A stretch of DNA of 58,663 nt, the filler included, from Dugesia japonica (Eukaryota), in the NCBI GenBank assembly GCA_001938525.1. It is 5 parts of 5 records of this genome, joined end to end, with 100 filler letters (N's around TTAATTAATTAA, not from the genome) between each part and the next. Parts side by side here need not be neighbours in the genome. Positions count along the whole stretch, not along the records: positions 1 to 10,524 come from MQRL01523064.1; positions 10,625 to 19,637 come from MQRL01592617.1; 3 more parts are not named here. One strand, written 5' to 3'. The notes below the pieces were generated by a model. It was not told where the DNA came from, did no database searches, and saw nothing but the letters and a program-made list of their open reading frames with translations. Both the position numbers and the translations under genes were made by a program. This document shows, one piece after another, positions 1 to 13,159 of the stretch. Within the stretch, counting starts at the first letter, position 1. The number at the start of each line of letters is the position of its first letter.

Positions 1-24
1 AATAATAATAATAACAATAATAAA

Positions 25-77
<53 letters not shown>

Positions 78-80
78 TAA
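1..80. repeat. (AAT)n microsatellite
   Basis: Direct AAT tandem repeats. Confidence 0.95.
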
Positions 81-1982
81 CTTTATCAATTACTTTTACT
101 TGTGCATATTACAAAGTATCATTCAAATTCAGATATTTAGTGTGTGATCCATTTGTGAAAAACTCTATATCATTTCTTCATATATATATTAAATTCATTA
201 GAAACACATCTTCAAATATACCATATTCAATAACAGCTGGAGTAGATGGTCGATCAAAAATACATAATTAAGTTTTTCTGGAAATCTTTTTTGAATAACT
301 TTCCATGTCCTCTCATTTCTTTTTTTATACGTGATGGGATTCATTTCTTACGTTTTTTTAATCTGTTACTTTATTATCATATTACCTATTTTATTAAGTA
401 TTTTATTTGACATACTTGATGGCAACATGTTTGCTATTTTAGGTATCATACTGGTCACTCTACATAGTAAGAAAGATACTTAGTTTACAAAATGCAATAG
501 ATTTCAATGATGGTAGTAATATTTCATTGTTAATTAGTACATTTTGAGCTGTTTTCATACCAAATGAGCCAATCCGTTTAAGAATAGGAAGCGCAAATTG
601 ACCCATTCTTTGCAACCAACTAGATCTATACTATTTTACTATAAAGTAAGATAATTCTCTATCTGCTTGACTAGTACTATGCAATGATACAATATCAAGA
701 TTCATTATTATTTTTTCTAAACTGTAACATTAAATGTGTTTTTAAGTCTTTAGCAAAATTAATTAATTTTCGACTGCTAGGTAAATCTTCAATATCTAAT
801 TCATTTTCCAAATCAAAACTAATATTTTGAGACTACTACAACACTGTTATTTAAAAATAATTATCATTGTAAAGAACTGATTGAAACTTATTACCAAATC
901 AACTCACTTTCTATTGGCTAAAAATATTAAATAATAGTTATTTCCTTATGTCCAATATCAACACGTATATTTCTGTATTGCTTATATATGATGAAGAAAT
1001 AGGTAAATACATTGGACGATCAACAATTATTTGAAATATTTTATCATCCTCATGTTGTTCTATTCATACTGCTTGCAATGAAAAAAATTAACATCACCAA
1101 CAACAATAGGTTCAACAATAATACAATAGATGAACATTTCATAATAACACTTTAATATTTTAGGTTTCCTGATACTTTCATCCTGAATACGTATTTGAGT
1201 ATATTGTTAGTCTTTAAATCATAATGATTTTGTTTAGATTAAATATAATTTAAGACTTTTAGTACTACTTGAAATAATTCATCTTGCTTTAATTACAAAG
1301 TTATAAATAATGTTAAAAGGTTTTTTTAATATAATCATTTAGTGGTTTTAAATAATTTACTTGAATTGACTGATTTGAATAGGAATCACCGAGAAAAAAG
1401 TATTATGTGATATGTAATATCTAGTGTCCATATGTTTTGCTTGTGTTTTTATCTATCAACACTCTTTTATCATCATTATTTGTGAGAGCTAATTTTGAAC
1501 TCATAAACTAAAAAGCTGATGATTTATAGTCCTTATTCTATATTGATTAACTAAAACTCCCTTTTTTCATTGTAGCAATAAAAATAGGGCTAGTGTGTTA
1601 GGTCTATATCTTTCAACACTATTCCCTTAACTTTCATGCTAACTTTTTTTGGAGAACATTATTTTTATTGTCTATTTTTATGGTTCTTCTAAAACTTTTC
1701 TTTGAAATGTAAGTAATCAAAGATTGGGCTGAATTACAAATCCTGGAGTTAATTCTTTTCTTTAAATTTTCTACACCTTTCCATACCGATTATTATTTAA
1801 TAGCTTGTGATACTTATTCTCCAATTTTATTATACTGAGTGTTCTTAGTTCTGTGCTCATTTATATGTATTTCTTAAATATGTTAACCGGACTAAACTTA
1901 AGACCTCTATGTAAATTTGCCACTTGCATACCTAATTGTAAGAACATCTGCAACAGCTTCCAGTGAACTACATAATTCGCCT
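80..1982 (-). mobile_element. Highly decayed Polinton/adintovirus copy D (pPolB 3' part, penton, pX-like, MCP 5' part)
   Basis: The reverse complement aligns by eye with 28640-29525 (penton IVGDV, pX LPILKRIGSFGMKTAQ, MCP CIFDRPS and YLNLNDTL) and with pPolB (NYVVHWKLLQMFLQLG, KLLNNNRYGKGVENLKKR, DDKRV..KTYGH). Confidence 0.85.
1421..1982 (-). pseudogene. polB: Protein-primed PolB C-terminal remnant with internal deletion
   Basis: Translates to HWKLLQMFLQLG..HRGLKFS, KLLNNNRYGKGVEN, MKVKGIVLK and DDKRVLIDKNTSKTYGH, with stops and frameshifts. Confidence 0.8.
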
Positions 1983-2508
1983 AAAATTATCTAAAACTTT
2001 AATTTTATGTGTAAAATACAATAAGTTTAGACATTTCAAATAACAAGTGAAAATTTAAGCTTTTCTACAAAAAGATGATTATTATAGGTACTACTTTATA
2101 AAATTTAAACTTTTACAATTACATAGAGGAAAAATATAAACAATTTATGGTTTCACATTCAGTAAATAATAAATAAATAAGAATTCTTTTTTATTTTTCA
2201 ATTAGAATATTATAATAAATAAGAATAATTTTAAAATTAAATTCATTGAATATTATTAGTTACTCAAATAGTTATTGATTTGATTATAATTTTACTTTGA
2301 AAAAAAATTTCTATGAAGATTTTTCTAATTAATTTAAAATATATTTAAATGAATAAATCAATTGACTTTAAAGACTAATAATAGGTTTAATTGGACAAAG
2401 TCTTAATCATTGAAAAAATGTATGTTTCAAGTAGGTAATTATTTGATTAATAAACACATTAGAAATATATTTCATTGAAATAAGAAAAAGCTTCAATCCA
2501 AGTAAAAT

Positions 2509-2594
2509 TTATTTGTAAAAAAGTTCAAATTTTCGACAATAGTCTTCTTCCTGAAGAAGACTATTGTCAAAACTTTAAACTTTTTTACTAATAA
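2509..2594. repeat. Palindrome (~42-bp arms) containing a minimal hammerhead-like motif; probable Penelope-like element terminus
   Basis: Inverted arms around CT at 2551-2552. Consensus of the two arms is TTC-CTGAAGA-A-GAC-TATT-GTC-GAAA-ATTT-GAA. Confidence 0.6.
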
Positions 2595-2719
2595 TGTACA
2601 TTAGATGGAATGAACCTATATTCTCAAAGGATTTTATTATGTTAAGGTGAAAAATATGTCAATGATTGACTGAATTATTTGGTTTGATTGATAGTGAAGA
2701 ATTTTCCATGTGTATTTAG

Positions 2720-3430
2720 TTGGGAATTTTTTCAGTAAGGTCGAATGAGGTCAATTTTTGAATGGATAAGGTGAAATTGATCGGTTTGGGTAAAGTTTTG
2801 GTGACTTGGTAAAAATCTTCTTCGGGAATGGTTAACTTGGTTAATTTCTGGAAGATTTGGTCAATTATTTCCAAATTTTGGGTAATTTTTAGAAAATCTT
2901 AGTAAATTATTTACTCACAAGGGTTAGTTTTATGTAAACTTGAGCATTTATTTCCTCAAGTTTGTCAGTTTGGGTCAGTTTTGGATAATTTGGCCGATTA
3001 TTTACACGGTTGAGGTCATTTTGGTCAATTATTTACTCGTTTCGGGTAATGTTGGTCAAATATTTACTAGGTATAAGCAGACTTAAATAATTATTTGCTC
3101 ACAATGGCCATTTTGAAATTATTGGGTAAATAATTCCTCGGGATTAGTTAATTTTTAGGCAATATTGGTTAAATATTTCCTCAGATGTGTCAATTTGGGT
3201 AATTTTTGGATGATTTCGTCAATTATTTCCTCATGAATGGTTATCTGGGATGATTTTTTAGTAATTTAGTCAATTAGTTACTCGATTTGAGCGATTTAGG
3301 TTCATTATTTATTTAGTTTAGGCAATTTTAGTAATTTATTTAATCAATGTTTTCAGTTTGAGTATAATTTGGATAATCTTAGTTAATTAGTTACTCACAC
3401 GGACCAATTTTAGGTGAATTTATGTTGAAT
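2720..3430. repeat. Degenerate GT-skewed minisatellite
   Basis: Recurrent TTGGTCAATTATTT(A/C)CTC-like units. Confidence 0.6.
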
Positions 3431-4482
3431 TTTATGGGAATACATGGTAAAAGTCGAATTTGTTTAAATTTTCAAGTTTTTAAAAGATAATTTAAAAAAT
3501 TTTAGGGAAATTCGGGAGAACAGTCCATGTTGTTTAAATAATATAAAAAATTTAAATTTTCAAAGGAATTTTTATTAGGAATTTAGATACTCCTTAATAT
3601 CGAAAAACCTTTAAAAAATTTTTATCGAGATTTTCACATAAATAGTTTCATGACCCCTAATTCATTTATATAATTACTTAGTAAAACATTTATTTTAAAT
3701 TTAAAAATTCTCAACATAGAGTATTGAGTATTAATAATTCGATTTTAGATATTTTTTTAAAACATAAATTTAACCCTGTTTAAATATTCTTTGAATCCAT
3801 TTACCCATCAATCACTTAGTTAATGGTTAAATTTATCTATCGCTTATTTTACATAGTTAGCTCTATAGTTCACAGTGAATATATACTTTACAACCAAAAG
3901 AACCGGTTATTTATTTAGATATCTGCACTTTAATATAGAAAATTCTTATGAAATTATATTTTAATTGTGTTTATTCACCTATTAATCATATACTTGTAAC
4001 ATACATTTTATTTAATCATAAAAATTCTAACCTATCATTAACCTTTCAAATCAATTAATATATTTATTTAAAAATTTTAATTAATTATTTAGTTAAATCT
4101 TCACAGAAATTTTATTCAACCAAAGTAAAATTTAGAACCAACACTCACACGCATATATTATTCGTATTTAAAATTGAAATATCCTAATTGAAAATAATAG
4201 TGATCTTTATTTATTTTAGTATTTACTGAAAGTGAAACAATAAATTGTAAAGGTTTTATAATTGTTAAAGTTAAAAGTTTATGTTGGGATTCAAAAAAAT
4301 ACGAAAACCTGGATCATTGTTATTTGCAATTTTTATGATATTAATTGATTTTATGACAATATTTTTTAAATGATTTACGATAATTGTAACATTAATTGTT
4401 CTTCTCATTTTTATATTTTGGTGGGAAACATTTTATTCTGTAAATATGTTGCATTATTACTGTAATTATTGATTTGATTTGA

Positions 4483-4511
4483 TTATTATTATATATTATT
4501 ATTATTAGTAC

Positions 4512-4566
<55 letters not shown>

Positions 4567-4616
4567 NNNNNNNNNNNNNNNNNNNNNNNNNNNNNNNNNN
4601 NNNNNNNNNNNNNNNN

Positions 4617-4667
<51 letters not shown>

Positions 4668-4705
4668 CATTATTATTATTATAAATTATCATTATCATTA
4701 TTATA
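4483..4705. repeat. (ATT)n microsatellite spanning an assembly gap
   Basis: Direct ATT repeats on both sides of an N run. Confidence 0.95.
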
Positions 4706-4769
4706 ATTTTCAATTTCAATTAAATTAGCAAAAACTGTGCTAATTAATTTGGTAAAAATATTTTTGCAC

Positions 4770-5330
4770 CACTACTATTTACTCTCTTATTTTAAGAACA
4801 TCAACTTTTCTATTATTAGTTTAGGCCGAGCCTCTTTGATTTTTTTAGAATGAGGTCAAGCTGTTCATTGTGATCTTCTACTGTTTTTCCGAAAATTTAT
4901 ATTGTATCCAGGCATATGACATATTCTTTTCATTTCTCACTTCTTAGAACGATATTCAGGTTTCAGAAGTTGAGCATAACCAGAAAGGCATTCTTGTGTA
5001 TTAATATTGACTATACTTTGTGCTAAATGATGTTTTCTCTCTATTTTTTTCCGCAATCGGACCTTGGCAATAACCGCTCGATAAATCTGAAGATGAAAAA
5101 TATCTCGCATCTCCTATTTGGTCGAAGATTTCTTTAGCTGGTGATATGGGGAGTATAAGTTCATTTATTTAGGAATTCAGTGCTCGGTAGTCTTCGCACA
5201 TTTGACTATCTCTACGTTTTTTATCCTTCGACAATCGGAAACTTTTGCGGTAAAGTACTAAATTTCCCAATTCCTGCTTCTATAAAACTGCCTACCACAT
5301 TCTTTTAACCAACATATGTAACCCTCAGGT
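4770..5330 (-). mobile_element. Ty3/Gypsy reverse transcriptase remnant
   Basis: The minus strand gives degenerate RT motifs: MPF.LCSTSET, VICLDTI (the YLDDI position) and IFGKTVEDHNEQLDLILKKI. Confidence 0.7.
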
Positions 5331-6043
5331 ATTATAGTTACCTTAATTAATTAAATCCAAGGGCCCGGTCAAATCCATCCTCAAAACCAAAAATCAATAA
5401 ACTTCACACACACCTTTTGAGAAAACTGTTTTTTCACTATATTTTTACACGCACACACACACACACCATACAAACCGCACCTAAATATATACTTTTAAAA
5501 CGTAATGCCACTCAACCCCAATACCAAAAATATGTATAAAAAATATTTAAAAAATAAAATATTAAAAAAAATTTAAACAATATTGAAAATTTCATAAAAA
5601 ATGCAGAATTAAACTTTTAAAATGAATAAACCTATGAAATATAATACAATCATTAAAGCAGTGCGCCACTATTTATCTATTAACCTTCAATTGAGATTTA
5701 GCGTTGAATTGAAATTTCAAATTTGAGATTAAGATTAAATATTATAAAAAAATTCACATCGGATTGATGCAGCATCAATACTAATTGAATAAACTAAAAC
5801 AATGATTAAATTGATTAGTGAAATTATTAAAGAATATTTAGGACAAATAAAATGGGATGTGAGATGCATGCAAATATCAACAAGTATATAATTTTACCAT
5901 TTATTGGTCATTCTATTAATATCTCTAAAATAAAGGCACAATATTAGATTTGTCAGTCAATTAATTTTCATTAGTTGTTCATTTAAACAGAAAATAAATA
6001 TAAATTAAACTATAAAATTAATATTTGTTATTTATACAGAGTG

Positions 6044-6820
6044 ATGATTTTAATATTTTTCATCATCACAATTTTCATTAGTCCATTATTAAATGCTGAT
6101 AATGTTGACACCATGAATTGTGCATTTGATGCTGTCAATAACAGACGAATTTATTATTCAATGATATCCAATACATGCAGAATTCCGAAATCATTATCAG
6201 CAATTTGTGAAAAATATTTGTTCCAGAAAATATTTACAAAATTATCCCATCCAATTTATTTATTCCGAGTTTTATCAGGAAGTGGTGTTGACCCTTTTTC
6301 ATATTTTTTAGGAACCAATTCGTTAATTAATATTGTTCAAGAAGACAATGCTAACAAATTAACAAATTTTAGAAGTATATTACTAGATGAATGGGATAAT
6401 TTGAAACCAAATTCAATTAATATGACAATGAAAGATTATAATGATAAATTAATAGGAGGATTCACATTCATTGTGCAACCTTCTGACACTATTACATCAT
6501 GGTTTAGTTTAAAAAGTTTAGCTGATTCATTTCCATGGGATTTTAATTACATGAGAAGTGAAAATTATGATTATTTTGGTCTTTTTGAAATAACAGTTAA
6601 TTACGGAACTTGTTCATCAAATAGAGCAATTATTGCGGTCGCTATTATTCCGCATGTATGTTTAAACTATTGGCCTAATGGAACAAAGTTTACTCCTCAT
6701 CAATTGATATATATTCTAAACGAAAGTAAAACGGCAGCATCTTTGAGTGCATATTCAATACCTTATAAATCACTGGAACTTGTGGGAATCTATGATGCCA
6801 ACCTCATTATTTATTATTAA
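6044..6820 (+). CDS. Secreted Cys-containing protein of unknown function (258 aa)
   Basis: Intact ORF with a signal-peptide-like start (MILIFFIITIFISPLLNA). A splice acceptor TTATACAG ends at 6039 and an AATAAA lies at ~6946. Motifs FRVLSGSG, FRSILLDEW, SWFS and NYGTC resemble, from memory, an unnamed lophotrochozoan extracellular domain. Confidence 0.8.
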   Translation: MILIFFIITIFISPLLNADNVDTMNCAFDAVNNRRIYYSMISNTCRIPKSLSAICEKYLFQKIFTKLSHPIYLFRVLSGSGVDPFSYFLGTNSLINIVQEDNANKLTNFRSILLDEWDNLKPNSINMTMKDYNDKLIGGFTFIVQPSDTITSWFSLKSLADSFPWDFNYMRSENYDYFGLFEITVNYGTCSSNRAIIAVAIIPHVCLNYWPNGTKFTPHQLIYILNESKTAASLSAYSIPYKSLELVGIYDANLIIYY

Positions 6821-7289
6821 CATATTTAACTTGTTAATAAGTTTAACATTAACTTATTTAGTTTCTGCACGTTGGATAATATTTTATAATTTGTTATTTA
6901 GTTAACTTGTTTAGTTTTTGCACATTAGGAAATATATATTTAATTAATAAAGAATAATAAATGATTTCCCGTATTTGTCATTATATACAACATGGTCAAT
7001 ATAAATATTATATAACTTTTTGTATAAAATTATTCATATAATGTTTTTTGGAATATAAAAATAACACGAAAATTGTTTTTTTATAAATGTAACAAATTGT
7101 ATTTTTTTACAAAAATAAAACATATTTTTTGTAATGTAAATATTTTTAATATTAAATTTGTTAGTATTAAATAATTTGACAAAGATTTTTGTATGAAGAA
7201 TCGCATTTAATTTATTATTTGTTGGATTTAATTTATTTATCTAAGATAAACCCTAGATGAAAAAGTATTATTATAGCCTATAATATATG

Positions 7290-7400
7290 TTTACATTTTA
7301 ATGAGTTAATTATTTTGATCGGGTAAACTTACGAATACCTTTAATTTATAGATATTCGTAAGTTTACCCGATGAAAAGAATTAACTCGTTAAAATGTAAA
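7290..7400. repeat. Hairpin / collapsed MITE with ~48-bp inverted arms
   Basis: 7290-7337 is nearly the reverse complement of 7353-7400 (ATCGGGTAAACTTACGAATA versus TATTCGTAAGTTTACCCGAT). Confidence 0.85.
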
Positions 7401-8504
7401 TTTGATTAATTTGACAAATATTATCCAAAGATTGTAAAATTAAAGTTTTTCTTGTCGGGGAATATTTTTGAGAGATCTTCAAATAACATAAGTGTATTTT
7501 GTAATAAAAAACAATATTATTATACCATTTAAAACACACTGTAAAATCTAAATAATAAGATATAGTCATTTTTTAAAGTAAAAAAATTATTTAATAAAAA
7601 TCTGATCAATCTGTCTGTTTCGTATGTTTGGTTTTTATCTGGTTAATTTTTTCAAACTATTTTATGTTATGATAATTTTTAGGCTTTTTAATTGGAATTA
7701 ATTTCAAGCTTCTTAGTTGGTGATAATTTTTAGACTTTTTAAATTGTGATAATGGATCAATTGATTAATCCATAGAGTACAATTGCATTTAAATTAGTTA
7801 ATCTCATATGATAATAATACAAGTCACTCGTCTTTACATTAAAATTAGTTGACTTTAATTAATAAAATGTTAATAAATGTTATGTTTTAGGAAAAGCCTT
7901 TAATTTCAATTGTAAATTTCATCGACAAAGTTGATTGTATTTAATCAGGGGTAATTATTGCTTATTTCTAGTATATACAGCCAGTTTTAATGATTTTAGT
8001 TAAATAATTTAATTATTAATATAGACCTTTAGTCAACTACCGTTTATTTGTTAAGGAAGTTTCTCGTAATGATCTATTTGCTAAGGAATTTCATTGAAAA
8101 TGGTCCAATTTGAATTTTAACAATAAATTAGTCGTTCCCATGGAATTTTAACATTTATAGTTATAAGATGATAAATAAATTATAAATTAATTATAAGATG
8201 ATAAATAAATTTTAAAAAAATCTTTTCAATTATGTACTTAATGATTAGTTTGCGTAGCTCGAGTAGGGTATGCGCATCTCTGGTAGCACTGATTCTAACT
8301 GTTCCAATCTGGTCATGAATGTACACGGCTACAACAGTCTTTATGAAATAAAAACAATTGGTCATCCTACCTAATCCTTGAGAAGACACAAATCCGAAAA
8401 ATGATATGGAGTCCAATATATGTATGTATTTAATAAAATGATATTTTAAATAAGACAATGATAATAAAATAGAAATAGAGAAAATTCTTAACATTATATG
8501 CACA

Positions 8505-9400
8505 AAGATTTACCTTTCCTATTATTTAAGATGTTTCATTGGATAATATCCATTTCTCAAAAGCAGCTTTTCTTATTGTTTCGCCGTCTTGTCTAAGCAA
8601 TGCTTTAATAACTAGATATTTACTGTACTGGTCTATTATTTCAAAAATATATTTTTTCCGTCTACTTGTTTCTCGCATTGGCCTACATATAAATGTGGAT
8701 ATACCTTCAAACAAATTTTTAGCTAATAAACTCCTTGTCTTTTCTTTAGTTGCTGATGTCACTACTTTGGTCTTCCTATAAATTTCACAATTAAAAACTA
8801 TATTATGTATTTGGTTCCACAAATTCTTTGCAATATATTTGTTTCTCATATATTCGTATACCTTTTCAACTATTACATGTATTTATGTATGACAGTTTAT
8901 GTATTTATTCTATTGTTTCATGTGGTTTGTCATCCGGAATTTTTAATTTTTTGATCAAACCTGTTTCCTCAGAAAGGTTTAAATGATCTTCTTGTTCATT
9001 TTTAATTATATTCAATATTCTCGTTTTATTCTTCCTTTTCTTGGCATTTTTATTTAATATTTGACACTATACCTCACATCTTGATCTAGATAAAATATCT
9101 GCATTAGCATGTTGAATTCTTTTTCTATATTCCAAAACCATGTCTAAGCTGCTCAAATAATTATTCCATGTCTGAAATTGTGACGTAATTGGTTTCTTTG
9201 TCGTCATCATGAAAGTTAAAGCTTTGTGATCTGTTCTAAGAGTGAATCTTCTATCGTACAAGTAATATGTAAAATGCATACAGAAATAATAAACAGCAAA
9301 TAATTCCTTTCATGTAATGAAGTATCCCTTTTCATGAATTGTCAATGAGTGTGATCCATAAGCAACAACTATTTCTCTTCTTTCTTTATCTCTCTGAAAA
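8505..9400 (-). mobile_element. Ty3/Gypsy pol remnant (RNase H and integrase), same family as 42447-45123
   Basis: FTLRTDHKAL, HANADILSR and KYIFEIIDQYSKY. The nucleotide sequence closely matches 42890-43200. Confidence 0.9.
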
Positions 9401-9439
9401 GATCTCAATAAATGGAATATTTTCAATCTGCAAGGTAAA

Positions 9440-9780
9440 AGAATTCAATCAACAGAATATAGTCAAATAATACACAAAATGTGTTCTATATATTCATAAA
9501 ATATACACAATAAAACTCAATATAATGATATAATGCATGCAATACACAAAATAATGCTATAAATTACACCCAGTAATGTCAAATAATAAACCCAATAAAG
9601 TCACTTAAATAAACACAATATACTCTATATTCATATATTACATGCAATATTTAAAACTAAATATCATATAATACATACAATACGACAAATAATGTCATAT
9701 AATATACACAAATAACCCAATAAACTATAAAAATACACACAAAAGTACCCAGTAGTGCCTAATAATAACTTTATAGTGTT
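9440..9780. repeat. AC-skewed degenerate minisatellite
   Basis: Recurrent AATATACACA(A) and AATAATGTC units. Confidence 0.5.
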
Positions 9781-10524
9781 ATTTAATACTTAGATACATG
9801 TAAACGTTTTCAAAGATTTCATAGAGGTTGAACAAAAACTTTTAAAATTACAATGAAGTCGAAAAAAATTTTTTTAAATTACATAGAAGTCGGTGAAATT
9901 TTACAAAAGTAAAAATAAATTGTTAACAATGAAAAATTAATTTTAACAATTGATTTTACAACACTAAATAAAAATAATGTCAATCAGAAAGAAGAAAATA
10001 AAATGAAACAATAATGAATAAAAGTAGAGAACGAAAATATAACNNNNNNNNNNNNNNNNNNNNNNNNNNNNNNNNNNNNNNNNNNNNNNNNNNNNNNNNN
10101 NNNNNNNNNNNNNNNNNNNNNNNNNNNNNNNNNNNNNNNNNNNNNNNNNNNNNNNNNNNNNNNNNNNNNNNNNNNNATAATATATATATTGGGTTACTGT
10201 ATAAAATATATTGAATATTTTATTGAATATTTTACTAAAAACATGAAAATACTATTGAATTTTCGAAACCAAAAATGTCGTTTAGTAAAATAAAAAGTAA
10301 CATTTGAAGTAACATTTGAGTTAACAAATAAGTAATTTATTTTCAAATTAAATTCGCCAGACTAATTATTTTCCCAATGCTTCACATTTCTTTTTAATAA
10401 AGAAATGTAATTACAAAGAAAATGATATTAATAAAGACAGTAAATAAAGACATAAATTATGTCCCTATTTATTTATTATTTAAACAAAATGAAAATAATA
10501 TTATTTCACTATATTATTCATCCC

Positions 10525-10624
10525 NNNNNNNNNNNNNNNNNNNNNNNNNNNNNNNNNNNNNNNNNNNNTTAATTAATTAANNNNNNNNNNNNNNNNNNNN
10601 NNNNNNNNNNNNNNNNNNNNNNNN
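10525..10624. other. Artificial 100-bp scaffold linker
   Basis: 44 N + TTAATTAATTAA + 44 N; the 12-mer gives stops in all six frames. Confidence 0.9.
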
Positions 10625-11189
10625 AGATTATTATTTGCTTAAATTTTCGAAGTATTTAAAATAAAGTTTTAATTTAAAATTTATTAGAAAATAATTCCCA
10701 ATTGAAGCATGAATTTTAATTTGTTTGATTAACCAAATAATGATGTTATAGTTTTTATTTTAATAAATTTATTGTGTTGAATATTGATGTTGATAATCCT
10801 ATGAGTTCTCAAAACTCATCTAACATATATAAATATTTATATACATTTACATATTTTTGCTTCATTTCTTTTGTATTTTATATTATAAAAAATAAAATGA
10901 AATTTGAGTTAAAGCGGATATATTTATAAATAAAAATGATAATAAAAGTATTGTTGGAATTCAACATTAAATTAATCGAGAAGCACTAATTTGATGTTTT
11001 GTAAATTTNNNNNNNNNNNNNNNNNNNNNNNNNNNNNNNNNNNNNNNNNNNNNNNNNNNNNNNNNNNNNNNNNNNATAGTAGTGAATTATCCTCAATCAT
11101 TTACAATATTGACAATAGTGACGTATTTTAGTGCAACTGATATATTCAGCGTTGGTAAATCTAGTGTTAAAAAACAAATTATTAGCATT

Positions 11190-11840
11190 GTGAATGGTTT
11201 GAAAGGAAAATATGTGTAGATATGAATTGTATTAAGAATTTACATAATCTAATAAAAACGATATAATAAATAATGTATTATTCAAAAGAAAGTTTGCTAT
11301 AAAATATAGTACTTCTAAAGGAAACATTTCTCGAATCAAGAAGTAGATGAAGAAGATCAAGTTAATAATCAAATTTGTAGCTTAGAAGTTTGATCCGAAA
11401 ATTCATTGGTATTTGATTATGAAAAATTAGATTTTGAAGTGTTTTTAAGAAATTATCAAATCGATAGCCTTAAAACTTGTCAAGTAATTTCAAAACATCT
11501 AATTGCTGGCTCGTGAATTTTAAAGAAACATAATTTGTCTTTCAAAAACATATTTGGCGAATTTAAATCTAGTTGGTGAGTTTAAACCTAATTTTGAACA
11601 TAAATTAGTCAATATGAAGCATATAATATTGTGATAAAACTGCTCTATATTATAAAAGTCCACATGTAAAAAGCTTTTTAACGAGTGGTGACGAATTCAA
11701 GGGCCAAAAGCGCATAACTGTTATACATGTTTGTTATACATTAAGAGAAAAGCTAAACCCTTTGGTTATCGGTAAATTTAAAAATTCAAGGCCTTTAAAT
11801 AATTTCTTTATCAAAGAAATGGGCGCTGAATTTGATCTCA
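11190..11840 (+). mobile_element. pogo/Tigger (CENP-B-like DDE) transposase remnant
   Basis: Degenerate motifs (G)WL..F..HNLSFKNIFGE, CDKTALYYK, KRITV and EKLNPLVIGKFKNSR. Confidence 0.7.
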
Positions 11841-12418
11841 GAATTAATCAAAAAAATTGAAAAGAAAAAACTAACGCATATGTATTTAATTAAAATAAAA
11901 GGTGAGCGAGTAAATCAAATAAAGGAGGAAGAAATATGAATATTCAAATAAATAAAATAATAAATGAATAATAATAATTAATCAATTTAATAACGAAATT
12001 GAAATCTATGTATGAAATCTGCAAATATAAATATATTATGGAATCCTAGGTTAAAAAATATTAAATAATTAATGAATTCAGTAAAATTGGATTTCTTTTA
12101 AGTTTCAGAAATGAAGAAAAAGTTATTGTAAATATTTTTAAAAAATTAATATTTATCTCTTAAAAAAGAGAAAATATTTGATAACATATGAGAAAGATTA
12201 GAAAATTAAAAGAACACTTTCTTCCTCAAATCGGATTTAAAACGTTTGACAAGCAACCAATATATTAGCATACTTGATATTAAAAAACAAATCTATTATA
12301 ATCTATAATTTTTTATTGTTTTTTGGTCGAACACAGTGTCAAATTTTTACATTTATTCGAACCCAATTAGAATTTAGAAATCTTAGGCAAGTCATAAATA
12401 TATTTTGTGCTTTTAATA

Positions 12419-13030
12419 TTAGGTTGAGGGGAAAGTGTTGTCGCCTTTACACATGTAAACTTTAAAACAAAAAAGCTTAATAATTTATTAAAAATTCGAT
12501 TTATATTTGAATCAATACCATGATATGAAAACTTTTGTTAGTCTTAATCTTTGTTTTATCAATTTTAGTCTTGTTTTAATAATTTACATCCCGTTATACT
12601 GAACCATGACTACGGCACAAATTTGAACATGCCACTTGTATGAATATAAATTGAAAAGAAATGCATCAGAGGCTGCACGTAATATTTTCCCAGTATGGGG
12701 AAAGAATTCAATCATCAAACGAGATGCTCGGCGTTGGTGCCAGAGATTTTATTCTGGAGACAAGCCTACAAGATAAAGGTCGTTCAAGGTGATCATCACA
12801 ATATTTTAAAAGCTCTTATCGAGCCCAACCTTCAAGTGTTGTTGCCTTTACATATACAAATTTTTAAATAAAAAAGCTTAATAATTTAGTAAAAATTCGA
12901 TTTGTATTTGAATTAATAGAGTACTGGTAGACTTATACTCGGTTTTGATAATATGACTGTCTTCGACCATCTGTAATAAATTAGGAAAGTCAAAAACTGC
13001 TCAATTTGGTTCTTCATCAATTATACATAC
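12419..13030 (+). mobile_element. mariner 5' remnant (TIR and HTH domain)
   Basis: TA followed by a TTAGGTTG TIR start. Translates to LYEYKLKRNASEAARNI..VWG..RRWCQRFYSGD and a WVPHQL-like motif. An ~80-bp 5' segment is duplicated at 12837-12918. Confidence 0.8.
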
Positions 13031-13159
13031 TATGATAAGATGGAGCTGGAGTTTCGAAGTAAATTATTTGTGTGTCATTGTGTTTTACATGTTGAAAATT
13101 TACGTGGAAAGCAGATTAAGATGAAAAATGTCATGAATATAGGTGTTTTTTCGGTAAAT

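Noticed and set aside
4392-4719. Poly-Ile and poly-Asn ORFs
   Set aside because: These are translations of an ATT microsatellite and an N gap.
8240-8410. Possible Penelope 3' end with a hammerhead-like CTTGAGAAGA..CCGAAA
   Set aside because: The core and stem II do not fit well; too degenerate to call.
10569-10580. TTAATTAATTAA as a conserved regulatory palindrome
   Set aside because: It is always centred in 44+44 Ns, so it is a synthetic linker.
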